Positions 50,922 to 60,356 of a stretch of DNA of 64,000 nt are shown in pieces. How positions within the stretch are numbered: position 1 is the stretch's first letter; each line of letters starts with the position of its first letter. The stretch spans positions 352,001 to 416,000 of the forward strand of contig CAWBOS010000006.1 in NCBI GenBank assembly GCA_963790475.1. The letters are read 5' to 3'. Both the position numbers and the translations under genes were made by a program. This DNA is from an uncultured delta proteobacterium. GTDB lineage: Bacteria; Desulfobacterota; RBG-13-43-22. Under the pieces are notes generated by a model. That model saw nothing but the letters and a program-made list of their open reading frames with translations, searched no databases and had not been told where the DNA came from.

Positions 50922-51812
50922 ATGGTGATCGGCCATCGGGGGGGCGCCGGGCTCATGCCCGAAAACACTCTGGCCTCCTTTAAACGCGGTTGCGAGCTCG
51001 GTATCGACGCCATCGAACTCGATGTCCTGGTATCGGCCGATGGTCAGATGGTCGTGCATCACGATTACAAACTGAATCCGGCCATCGCCCGCTCGGCCGA
51101 TGGAGTCTGGGTATCCTCCGGGTCACAGCCGGCCATCAAGGACCTGACCCTGGCCCAACTCAAATCTTATGACATCGGCCGGCTGAACCCCAAGACCACC
51201 TATGCGGCCCAATTTCCGGAGCAGATCGCCATAGACGGCGAGAGGATCCCCACCTTCAAGGAAGTCATCGATCTGTTCAAGAAATCGTGCAATCCCACCA
51301 CCCGGCTGTTGGTTGAGATCAAGACCTCCCCGGAAGAGCCTGAGCTGGCTCTGCCGCCGGAAGTGATTTCGGACAAGATCGTGAAAATGGTAAGGGATGA
51401 GGGGATCGCCGGGCGCACTTGGATAATCTCATTCGATTGGCGGAACCTGGCGCACATCCAGAAGATCGCCCCGGAGATAATGACCGGCTATCTGACCATC
51501 GATACGCCCCGCTCGAGCAACCTGAAGCCGAACCAGCCCGGGGCATCGCCCTGGCTGGCCGGAATCGATATCAAAGCCTTCAACGGATCGGCACCCCGGG
51601 CGGTAAAAGCGGCCGGCGGCCGTATCTGGTCTCCTTATTTCAAAAACTTGACTCCGGAGTCACTTTCGGAAGCCCGGCAACTTGGGTTGATGGTAAGCGT
51701 CTGGACGCCCGACAATCCCGATGATTTGCGGAAGATGATCGAAATGAAGGTGGATGCGATCACTACCAACCGGCCTGATGTGCTTAAGAAAATACTGGAG
51801 GACAAAAGATAA
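50922..51812 (+). CDS. Glycerophosphodiester phosphodiesterase
   Basis: GHRGGAGLMPENT, IELDV...VVHHD, EIKT and ITTNRPD. Confidence 0.93.
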   Translation: MVIGHRGGAGLMPENTLASFKRGCELGIDAIELDVLVSADGQMVVHHDYKLNPAIARSADGVWVSSGSQPAIKDLTLAQLKSYDIGRLNPKTTYAAQFPEQIAIDGERIPTFKEVIDLFKKSCNPTTRLLVEIKTSPEEPELALPPEVISDKIVKMVRDEGIAGRTWIISFDWRNLAHIQKIAPEIMTGYLTIDTPRSSNLKPNQPGASPWLAGIDIKAFNGSAPRAVKAAGGRIWSPYFKNLTPESLSEARQLGLMVSVWTPDNPDDLRKMIEMKVDAITTNRPDVLKKILEDKR

Positions 51813-52032
51813 CCCTAATAAATTTGGCCGTTCCGTTCGATTTTGCCTTTTGAGGATCAGCGCATTTCCCCGCTCGAGTTTTATCTTTCTCTCGGTCTAT
51901 TTTAGACGCGGAGCCCTGTTGAGGCAGCTTTTTCAATCTACAAAAATATTTACAAAAAATAGTTGCTTGATAATTGTCAGATGATATGCTAATAAGTTAT
52001 CGTATAATAATTAAATATTAAGGGGGGGCGGG

Positions 52033-52317
52033 ATGCGCTTTATTTCAGTCAGAGAATTAAGTACCAAACCCAAAAAAATCTGGGTGGAAATGCAAGAAGA
52101 GGAAATCGTTATTACCTCAAACGGCAAGCCTATTGCTCTCCTCTCGGGGGTGACGGAAAAAAACCTGGAAAAGACTCTCCAATCCATACGCCGGGCCCGG
52201 GCACTTATGGCTTTGGATGAGATGCAAAAGAAATCTTTGAAATTGGGGTTGAATAATCTATCCGATGCCGAAATTGAGGAGGAAATCAGAACCGTTCGAA
52301 AGAGCCGTAAACGATGA
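52033..52317 (+). CDS. Phd/YefM-family antitoxin
   Basis: MRFISVREL...IVITSNGKPIALL; overlaps the PIN gene (ATGA). Confidence 0.88.
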   Translation: MRFISVRELSTKPKKIWVEMQEEEIVITSNGKPIALLSGVTEKNLEKTLQSIRRARALMALDEMQKKSLKLGLNNLSDAEIEEEIRTVRKSRKR

Positions 52318-52724
52318 TTATCGTACTTGATACCAACGTGGTCGTTTCAGGTATCTTCAAGCCCTACGGTAAAGCCGCCGCCATTCTCCGCCTGGTAGTC
52401 AGTGGATTGCTTACCCCGGCTTACGATCAACGGATCCTGGGGGAATATCGCGAGGTTTTGAATCGTCCCAAGTTTCACTTTTCGGAAGAATCAGTTGCCA
52501 ATTTCCTGAACCAGATTGATGAGGAAGGAATGTTGGTTGCCGCTAAACCTCTTTCTTTTTCTCTCCCGGACCCTGACGATGAACCTTTCCTGGAGGTAGC
52601 CCTTTCTTCAAAAGCCGTTGCTCTCATAACCGGGAATAAACGCCACTTCCCCAACAAGGTCTATGGGAAAACGAGGATACTTTCCCCTGCGGAATTTTTG
52701 GAGATATTCGGGAATAAATTGTAA
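52314..52724 (+). CDS. PIN-domain toxin (VapC-like, PIN_3 type)
   Basis: IVLDTNVVVS, EYREVL.RPKF, DPDDEPFLE and LITGNKRHF. Confidence 0.9.
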   Translation: MIIVLDTNVVVSGIFKPYGKAAAILRLVVSGLLTPAYDQRILGEYREVLNRPKFHFSEESVANFLNQIDEEGMLVAAKPLSFSLPDPDDEPFLEVALSSKAVALITGNKRHFPNKVYGKTRILSPAEFLEIFGNKL

Positions 52725-52995
52725 GCCGACCCTTCCGATCTCTCTCAGGCTACTTTTAGGATGTGACCGGTTAGCAGGAAGGATTTCCCGGCTATATTAA
52801 TTTCTTACACCTATAAACAAATGACTTTGAAAAGTTTCGAATTTATGAATTACGATTTGAAATATGCGGTGGCTACTCCCCGAATTCCATCACCCTCTTT
52901 TGATGGCAGGATGGGCAAAAGTGACGGCGTTTGCAGGAAAAACCCATGAGGTATTCTTGGCCGCAGATTTATTTTCGATGTCACTACGAAATAGG

Positions 52996-53415
52996 CTATT
53001 TAGGTAGGAATATATCGGTTATTTCTAAAGCCAATGTAGCTGCTATTTGCTTAATTTTTGGTCTTGGCACATCGTGAAGATATACAATATTGCCGTGATA
53101 TGGATTATCTCCATAATCTTGTGATATTTTCCTCTCATATTTCAAGGAATTTGTTGATTGAGGTTTCTCATTCACGCGATCAATAGCTCTGCGTGGAAGT
53201 CTAAGAGCGCCGAATTTGGCGATAGGTAGTCTAAGGGTGTAACTGACTACTTGGTCATTGTCCTCCCAATTGATAGACGTTTCATACCCACGATCATCTC
53301 TTTGGTCACTTGTTCTAAAATTTGGTTCAAATACCAATGAAGAGATAATACCATCGACTATCCATTCTGCTTTTCGTACACCTCTAATACAATTGTCCGC
53401 ATAATCATTATTCAT
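52996..53415 (-). CDS. Hypothetical protein, possible ADP-ribosyltransferase-like toxin
   Basis: 139 aa in an AT-rich operon; pattern CIRG...F...ETSINW...NPYHGNI. Confidence 0.65.
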   Translation of the reverse strand: MNNDYADNCIRGVRKAEWIVDGIISSLVFEPNFRTSDQRDDRGYETSINWEDNDQVVSYTLRLPIAKFGALRLPRRAIDRVNEKPQSTNSLKYERKISQDYGDNPYHGNIVYLHDVPRPKIKQIAATLALEITDIFLPK

Positions 53416-53425
53416 TGGCGTTATA

Positions 53426-54049
53426 TTAACAAGGTCTCCTTTTTAACCAATCGAGAATCCATAGAAGATCTATAGAGATTAAATCGCCATAGGCTTGTAC
53501 GTTTCCGGTTACACTATCAGATGCAAGAAACCAAGATGAGTCTTCTTGATTCTGTTCAAAGGAAAAGCCGATTCTCCAATGTGGATAAATCCATTCGAAT
53601 AAAATGGATTCTTCACCTTCAAAAGCTCTCAGAGGTTTCAAATTACTAACGTTAATGTCATGCTCCATTAAGGCATAATACAATTTGTTTAAAAAGTCAT
53701 TCGCATTGGGTAGTAATAATTGCTTATCAATAAAACCCATTATACTATTTTTTGCGAGCTGTAAAACAGACTTGACCTCTTTTGATCTTGCCAATAAATC
53801 AATTGGACTTTGTAGTAATACAAATCCTCCCGTTCCAGCAATTAAAGGAGATGGAACTATGAACGTTGAAATAATATCAGTAGTAGCAGATGAAATCGTG
53901 ACTATACCGATCTTTGAAATAATCCCGGCAGGGGTAGGAAAATCATAGTCTTCAGGGTGTGCAATATCCTTTAGGCCAATGATGGGATATGATGGTTCAG
54001 TATCACCCTCGGATAATAAGTTATCTTGAAATTTAGATTGACTTCTCAT
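53426..54049 (-). CDS. Hypothetical protein (low-complexity N-terminus, compact C-terminal alpha/beta domain)
   Basis: 207 aa; ATGA overlap with the upstream gene and 10 nt to the downstream gene; SILFEWIYPHWRIGFSFE...SSWFL. Confidence 0.7.
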   Translation of the reverse strand: MRSQSKFQDNLLSEGDTEPSYPIIGLKDIAHPEDYDFPTPAGIISKIGIVTISSATTDIISTFIVPSPLIAGTGGFVLLQSPIDLLARSKEVKSVLQLAKNSIMGFIDKQLLLPNANDFLNKLYYALMEHDINVSNLKPLRAFEGEESILFEWIYPHWRIGFSFEQNQEDSSWFLASDSVTGNVQAYGDLISIDLLWILDWLKRRPC

Positions 54050-54819
54050 GCTATATCACCATTAATCAATATCTCTTTAGCCAATCCTACACATTCTAAA
54101 TAAATCGAACTAATTTTGTCTTGTGGTAAAGCGCCAGCGTATTCGGCAGAGGTATTCAAATCTAATTCTAATCGCGCGAAGGAATTCTCAGGATTGTTAA
54201 ACTCAAAACCGGCAGAGGAAAATGCGAACTGTTTTAGTACCCCAACTGACCATTTCATAAGTCTATTTATGCTCAAGTTAGCTATGCCTGTAGTTGTATT
54301 CCTGGGTCTGTTAATTTGATACATAAAATCTGAAGATTTGTCGACATCAATTTTTACGCTGGGCAATAATTCTGTAAGAAATTCGTACCCCTCTTTTCTA
54401 CTATTAACTGGTACTTGCAAGATATAACCGACCGCAAATCTGTTTATCGGAGGGAAAGTCTTATACAACTTAGGCATCAATTCAGAAAGCACTTCTTGTG
54501 AATCTAAAAAAGAATCTATGTAAAATTCGCCTTCTATAGGAATATAAAGCCAATCGACTTTTTTAAGATGAACGGATAGGACTAATCTGCCTTTACAATA
54601 GTTACCTTGTTCTTGATATAAATTTTGTTTTGGAAGAATTGATTTCTGCTCAGAAGGCTCGCCAATAACTGCTTCCCACCATTTACTCACGGCAGATTCT
54701 TCAATCTTATCAGAAAAAAATGTAATCCTGATTTGTTCGGCACGCCAACGAGAATATTTTTCTAATTCAGTTATATCCGTGTCCAAAGTAGATGCCTCTG
54801 AATGAAATGTTTTTATCAA
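54046..54819 (-). CDS. Hypothetical protein, distantly TIGR04255-like
   Basis: 257 aa; INRFAVG strand and C-terminal LELDLNT followed by a terminal helix. Start codon uncertain. Confidence 0.65.
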   Translation of the reverse strand: MIKTFHSEASTLDTDITELEKYSRWRAEQIRITFFSDKIEESAVSKWWEAVIGEPSEQKSILPKQNLYQEQGNYCKGRLVLSVHLKKVDWLYIPIEGEFYIDSFLDSQEVLSELMPKLYKTFPPINRFAVGYILQVPVNSRKEGYEFLTELLPSVKIDVDKSSDFMYQINRPRNTTTGIANLSINRLMKWSVGVLKQFAFSSAGFEFNNPENSFARLELDLNTSAEYAGALPQDKISSIYLECVGLAKEILINGDIA

Positions 54820-55323
54820 TTAAAATAATAAGTTGATTTCAATATAAATGATCAAAAATTTTGCCATCTTATGAAAAATTGCAAAGAAAAACGATATAAT
54901 TTTATTATAATAATTCTTATTAGGACTTGCAACTAATAATTTAGACTTAGAATTCAACCTTTTTTGTAAAGGCAACTCCCGAATTGCCCCTGCCCCAACA
55001 AGTTGTACCAGTTTTTATGGGGGCCAACCAATGGAAGTTATCGTCAACGATTATTGTTTGCTATTGTCTTTTTTTAAAAATTGAATTTTGAAGAGTACAG
55101 GAAGCTATTTAAACCGATCAATAACCTGCGGCCAGGTTTTTGTAGCCACAGCCAAATATCATCGATAATTGAGTCGCTATCTTCAAAAGGGTTCCAGATA
55201 CTTTTTATCATAATCTTCTCTTCCTTCAACAAATAACAGAGAGGATGCCATCTTCTCCCCTTGAAAGAGCGCTTTCCCAGAAGATCTCCCCCCCTTACCG
55301 GAATAGAATAGGAGGGGAATAAG

Positions 55324-55406
55324 CCGTCATTCCCGCGGAGGCGGGAATCCAGGTTATTCCAATAGAATCAAAGTCCCTGGATGCCGGATCAAGCCCGGCA
55401 TGACGG
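55324..55406. repeat. Paired palindromic repeat with a dRS3-like core
   Basis: CCGTCATTCCCGCGGAGGCGGGAATCCAG ... CTGGATGCCGGATCAAGCCCGGCATGACGG; contains ATTCCC-N8-GGGAAT. Confidence 0.8.
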
Positions 55407-55469
55407 AGAACAAACAAACTTATAGGTTATTAAAGGTTATTTTCGAACTAAAGATGGTTGAAGAAATCT

Positions 55470-56960
55470 TCATTGAGGGCGGGCTGCTGAATTTTGATTA
55501 TTTTGGGATTCCTTTTTTCCCCGGATCATGGAGGTCCACATTCCAAAGAAGCAGATGGTGGCGGCCACCAGGTAGGCCCGGTGCATCCCGGTCATGAAAG
55601 CGGTCAGCACTTTTTCTCTCTCCGCCGGGGAAGCGGGCCCGTGCAAGACATCGAGGGAGGCGTGTCCGACTACGGCCATCATGACGCTGGCCAGGATGGC
55701 CCCGGCCAGGGCGGTACCGACTACCTGACCGACCGTACGCATCATGGCCAGGAAGCCGCTGGCGATGCCTAAACGATCCCGGGGGATGGACCCCATGACC
55801 GAACTGTTGTTCGGGGATTGAAACAAACCTTGTCCTATCCCTAAGAAGATCAACCGGATCAGGACGTCATGATAATCGGCCTGCGGGGTTAACCCGGAAA
55901 GCCAATAAAGGGTGGCCATGTTGATCGCCATGCCGGTCGTGGAAAGGAGTCGGGCTCCCAGCCGATCGGAGAGCCAGCCGCTCAAAGGGGACACGACCAC
56001 GATGCCCAATGCGGTAGGGGTCATCAGCAGGCCGGCGTGGACCGGGCTGTAACCTAAGGCCAATTGCAAAAAGAAAGGCATCAAAAAGACATTGGCCGAA
56101 AGTGAAAGAAAGGAAAGAAAGCCGGCAATATTACCAAAGCTGAAAAGACGGATTTTAAATAACTGGAGATCGATTAAAGGGTGCTCAGCCCTGGTTTCCC
56201 AAAGGGGAACCAGCAGAAGGGCCGCGGCGGCGATAATCAATTCGCTGATCACTTGCGGTCTGTCCCAGCCCTGTTCTTGTCCGGTGGTCAGGCCGAGGAC
56301 GAGGGCACTCAGCCCGATGATAGTCAGAGCGGCGCCCAAAAAATCGAAACCCTTTTTTTGTCCCAGGGTAGGAGAGACCAAATGCTCCTGCAGAATATAA
56401 ATGGTCATCAAGATGCCGAAAACACCCACCGGCACATTAACATAAAAAATTGCCCGCCAGCTTAAATGACTGACCAAAAAGCCCCCCAGGGTGGGACCGA
56501 CCGTAAAACCGGCGGCCACTACCGTCCCGTTTATACCCAGGGCGCGTCCTCGCTCCTGAGACGGGAATACCGCGGTAACGATGGCAAAGGTATTGGCCAT
56601 GATCATGGCCGCACCCACAGCCTGTATGGAGCGAAAAAGGATCAATTGGTGAATACTTTGGGAAAGGGCGCAGAGGGCCGAACCCGCACTAAAGATAATA
56701 AGCCCCAGGAGGAAGACCTTCTTACGGCCGGTTAAATCAGCCAGACGGCCGAAGGGAAGGAGTAATCCAGTGATGGTCAGCAGATAAGACAAAACCACCC
56801 ATTCGGACAAAGTCAGATTGGCATCAAAGGCGGCCATGATGTTGGGTAGACTGATATTGACGATACTGGCGTCTAAGGTGGCCATAAAGATGCCGATCCC
56901 TACGATGCCTAAGACCCACCAACGATGATTGCGCGCCGATCTTTTCAAAAAGTTTTTCAT
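55470..56960 (-). CDS. MFS transporter, DHA2 family
   Basis: LDASIVNISLP, GRLADLTGRKK and FQSPNNSSVMG; about 14 TM. Confidence 0.93.
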   Translation of the reverse strand: MKNFLKRSARNHRWWVLGIVGIGIFMATLDASIVNISLPNIMAAFDANLTLSEWVVLSYLLTITGLLLPFGRLADLTGRKKVFLLGLIIFSAGSALCALSQSIHQLILFRSIQAVGAAMIMANTFAIVTAVFPSQERGRALGINGTVVAAGFTVGPTLGGFLVSHLSWRAIFYVNVPVGVFGILMTIYILQEHLVSPTLGQKKGFDFLGAALTIIGLSALVLGLTTGQEQGWDRPQVISELIIAAAALLLVPLWETRAEHPLIDLQLFKIRLFSFGNIAGFLSFLSLSANVFLMPFFLQLALGYSPVHAGLLMTPTALGIVVVSPLSGWLSDRLGARLLSTTGMAINMATLYWLSGLTPQADYHDVLIRLIFLGIGQGLFQSPNNSSVMGSIPRDRLGIASGFLAMMRTVGQVVGTALAGAILASVMMAVVGHASLDVLHGPASPAEREKVLTAFMTGMHRAYLVAATICFFGMWTSMIRGKKESQNNQNSAARPQ

Positions 56961-57131
56961 AGACAACTCAGGGTTTTTGCCTCACTTCTCAAGATTTTAT
57001 GTTCAACATTTGAAAACGCCCATTTTGCCAAATTAATAGGACGCTCTACCCTATTAAGAAAAGAGGAGATCATTGTGGCCTGAAAAAGATCAAAGGAGCG
57101 GAAACGTTTAGGCTGTTGGGTTTTGAAATGG

Positions 57132-57938
57132 TTAGGAAAGCGGGATCAACACCGCCCTGGGATCAATGACTTCTCTTATCAGCCTCAATTCCTCCGGGGT
57201 GGGGGCGGGCGTTTCCGGGACCTGATCGGGAATCCAGTTGTGAGCAAAGCCGGTGTTGGTTATTACCTCTTCCAAAGTCACCCCGGGGTGCAGGGACCTC
57301 AGTCTGATCTGTTTGGTCTCAGGGTCAAAATCGAAGATGCATTTATCTGTCAGGACCAGACAAGGCCCCCCTCTGGTCAGGCCCGCTTTCTCCCGGGCAC
57401 CGGGACCCTCAAGGTACCCAGCGCCTGAGATAAAGTCCACTTTATCCACAAAATTTCTCTTCTCATGGTCAACGATGATAACCTCCCGCTTGAACAGCGA
57501 GAAATGTCCGGGTTGGTTTATGGGACCGATGAGTCGAATCTTGGGCCGGTAGTAGTCCCCTATACAAACGATATTGCAGTTGCCGTATTTATCTATCTGG
57601 GCGGCTGAACCGAAACCAAGGTCGCATTCCCCCCGGGCGGCAAGATAACCGGTAGCCCGAGATTCACACCTCCAGAACTGAAGGGCTGTCCCGAATTCAG
57701 TTTCCATACCTGTCGGGATTTCACTGACTACCGGGTTCATCAGCCAGCCGGCCACGGCCATGAATGAATTTGGGGCATGGGTCAGCTGGGCCAGGCACAT
57801 GCCGACTATCGGGACTCTGGAAAGAATCTGAATCGTGGCATCCCCGGTGGCCAGGCCGATAAACCAATTCTCATTATCGTTCAGTTCGTGACTGATGGCC
57901 ACTGCCATAGCTTCGAAAATAGTATAAGGTAAGCTCAT
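57132..57938 (-). CDS. Family I CoA-transferase beta subunit (GctB-like)
   Basis: AAQIDKYGNCN, HEKRNFVDKVDFIS and LHPGVTLEEVITNTGF. Confidence 0.88.
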   Translation of the reverse strand: MSLPYTIFEAMAVAISHELNDNENWFIGLATGDATIQILSRVPIVGMCLAQLTHAPNSFMAVAGWLMNPVVSEIPTGMETEFGTALQFWRCESRATGYLAARGECDLGFGSAAQIDKYGNCNIVCIGDYYRPKIRLIGPINQPGHFSLFKREVIIVDHEKRNFVDKVDFISGAGYLEGPGAREKAGLTRGGPCLVLTDKCIFDFDPETKQIRLRSLHPGVTLEEVITNTGFAHNWIPDQVPETPAPTPEELRLIREVIDPRAVLIPLS

Positions 57939-58840
57939 ACCAGGGTCCCTCCCACGACACGGCATTTCAAAAGGTTCTCCAGGCCGACAAGATTCAGATA
58001 TTCCAGGTGAGACTTTACGCCATAGACATACTTGTCCAGATATTCTTTTAATCCCTCCGGCGTCCGGGACATCCGGGCATACATGCCCATGTGCGCCCGG
58101 TCCTGCTCATAAAGCTTAATGCAGGAGGTGGGATGGGCTCCATAGGGCGCTTCGACAATGGCAGTCGTCCTGAACCTGGGGAGCACATTGAGGTGCGACA
58201 GCCCCATAACGCGATCCCGGCTTACGATTTGCTCCACGGTTACGATAACATTGGCGCAGCTTTGCCCGGCTGTCTCATCCAGCCGTTCCGGCAACTGCTT
58301 CCGTTCAAAAAACAACACATTGCCGTATTTATCACCCATAGGGGCGTGGAGAACAACCCAATCAGGGTCGGCCGCGGGGATCAGGTGATATTTTTGCCCG
58401 TTATAGGGGCTGATCATTTCCTTTATCTTGGGGTTGTATTTGGGAAGGTCGGTCCCCAGCATCTCCTGGGTGGTAAAGAATGACTGCCCCCGGGAACTGC
58501 AGGCAAATCTCTCGAAAGCCACCGGCTCACTGTATTCCTCCAGTTCGATCTGGCCGCTTTCCACCGCCCGGCGGTAGTTTGGAGCCAGCCCATGTTCCTC
58601 CAGGCCGACATACGAAATCTCAACCCTCTTGACACAGCCCGCACCCACCAGGATATCGATTTCGCAGGTGCCGACATGACCCACCAGGGTGAGGTTCTTG
58701 ACCCCTCTCCTGATAAGCTCATAGACAAAGGCCATGGGATGATTATGGACGGAAAATCCCCCGATATGGATGCGGGCGCCATCGGGGATGAGACTGGCGG
58801 CTTCTGAAAGGGTGCAGACTTTTTCCTTTAATTCAGGCAT
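57935..58840 (-). CDS. Family I CoA-transferase alpha subunit (GctA-like)
   Basis: IGGF...PMAFVYELIR, DILVGAG, GDKYGN and VEAPYGAHPTSC. Confidence 0.88.
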   Translation of the reverse strand: MPELKEKVCTLSEAASLIPDGARIHIGGFSVHNHPMAFVYELIRRGVKNLTLVGHVGTCEIDILVGAGCVKRVEISYVGLEEHGLAPNYRRAVESGQIELEEYSEPVAFERFACSSRGQSFFTTQEMLGTDLPKYNPKIKEMISPYNGQKYHLIPAADPDWVVLHAPMGDKYGNVLFFERKQLPERLDETAGQSCANVIVTVEQIVSRDRVMGLSHLNVLPRFRTTAIVEAPYGAHPTSCIKLYEQDRAHMGMYARMSRTPEGLKEYLDKYVYGVKSHLEYLNLVGLENLLKCRVVGGTLV

Positions 58841-58861
58841 AGTCACCTCCCGATTACGACA

Positions 58862-59030
58862 GGATTCAAGGGGTCAAGGGGTCAAGGATTCAAGTAATGC
58901 AGGTTGGCCGTTGCTGGTCAAAAAAAACAAGCAACGAGCAACGAATCGTGAACGATTTAGCAATCTAGGGACATCCCCTATTTACAAAAATAGGTTTTCG
59001 CCGAACGCCCGACGATTAACGCCGAACGGT
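58862..59030. repeat. Cluster of 7-8-nt periodic repeats
   Basis: GGATTCAA GGGGTCAA GGGGTCAA GGATTCAA; GCAACGA GCAACGA; CGCCGAA CGCCCGA CGATTAA CGCCGAA. Confidence 0.65.
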
Positions 59031-59056
59031 TTTTCGTATTAACGGCCAGCCCATCC

Positions 59057-60256
59057 CTATTTATCGGGAAGCCCAAGGACCTGTTTGGCAATGATATTCA
59101 GCTGGATCTCGGAGGTGCCGCCCTCTATGGTGTTCCCCCGGGAACGCAGCCAGGTCCGGCACAACTCCAGTTCCTCCTTTTCAAATCCTTCACCTTCCCA
59201 GCCCAGACACTCCGGTCCGAGAATAGAAACCAGAAGCTCCTGGCGCCTCTGGTTCAGCTCCGTGCCGTATACTTTGAAAATGGAGCTCTCCGGCCCGGGC
59301 CGGTGACCGGCCTTGATGTTGTCGCTGTTACGCTGCACCGTAAGCTGGAAACAGGACTCATCCATCTGGATCTGGGCCATCCGGTTTCGGATCACTTCAT
59401 CCTCCAGCCTCCCATTGCATAAACCGATGTATTTTCTGGCGGCCGCCTCCACTGGGTTTTCGGCCTTCCCGGTCACACTTCTGGTGCCAAGAGTGGCGAT
59501 GGAAGTTCGTTCGTGGCCCAGCAGAGCCTTGGCCACTTCCCATCCCCCGTTCACCCGGCCCAGGACGTTCTTTTGAGGTACGCGGACATCTTCAAAAAAG
59601 ACCTCGCAGAAGATGCTGGCCCCACTAATCAGTTTGATCGGCCGGATTTCGATCCCTTTGGTTCTTAAATCAACCAGCAGAAAGGTGATACCGATCTGTT
59701 TTTTTACTCCGGGGTCGGTACGGACCAGCATAAAGATCCAATCGGCCATATCCCCGCCGCTGGTCCAAATCTTTTGACCGTTGAGAATATAATCATCCCC
59801 ATCGACCACGGCCTTGGTCTGGATGTTAGCCAGGTCCGATCCGGCATTCGGCTCGGAATAACCCTGACACCAGCGGATTTCTCCGCGAACGATTTGGGGA
59901 AGGTACTTTTTTTTCTGCTCCTCGGTCCCGTATTGCAGGAGCGTGGGACCGATCATGGTGATTCCGAACCCGGTCAGGGGGGGTGGTAATTTTAGACGGG
60001 TCAACTCCTCGTTCAGTATCTTGGTCTCCTGTTTATCCAGACCGCCGCCGCCGAACTCCCGGGGCCAGGAGGGAACCGTCCAGCCCTTGTCGGCCATCAT
60101 TTCCAGCCAGGCCCTGGATTCGGGATAGGGCGGAGGTGTTTTGAGCCCCCCCTGATAGACCGACAGGATATCTCCCATCTTGCCTCTTAGTCCTTGGGGG
60201 GCATTTTCTTCCAACCAGCTTCGAACGGATGTTCTGAAATCATTTAACTCTGCCAT
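59057..60256 (-). CDS. Acyl-CoA dehydrogenase
   Basis: WCQGYSEPNAGSDLA, NGQKIWTS and TIEGGTSEIQLNII. Confidence 0.95.
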   Translation of the reverse strand: MAELNDFRTSVRSWLEENAPQGLRGKMGDILSVYQGGLKTPPPYPESRAWLEMMADKGWTVPSWPREFGGGGLDKQETKILNEELTRLKLPPPLTGFGITMIGPTLLQYGTEEQKKKYLPQIVRGEIRWCQGYSEPNAGSDLANIQTKAVVDGDDYILNGQKIWTSGGDMADWIFMLVRTDPGVKKQIGITFLLVDLRTKGIEIRPIKLISGASIFCEVFFEDVRVPQKNVLGRVNGGWEVAKALLGHERTSIATLGTRSVTGKAENPVEAAARKYIGLCNGRLEDEVIRNRMAQIQMDESCFQLTVQRNSDNIKAGHRPGPESSIFKVYGTELNQRRQELLVSILGPECLGWEGEGFEKEELELCRTWLRSRGNTIEGGTSEIQLNIIAKQVLGLPDK

Positions 60257-60356
60257 ATCGATACCTCTTCATTTAATAGTTGCTGTCGGGCCAGCAATAG
60301 GGATGCTCAAAAAAATCGGAAATGATTATATCCGAAATAGTGAAAAAATCCATTTT

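Noticed and set aside
55074-55211. 45-codon minus-strand ORF upstream of the triad
   Set aside because: Too short, no recognisable motif, and separated from the operon by about 250 nt.
57009-57034. Third copy of the 144-bp element
   Set aside because: Only a short degenerate match to one end (TTTGAAAACGCCCATTTTGCC); no second end.
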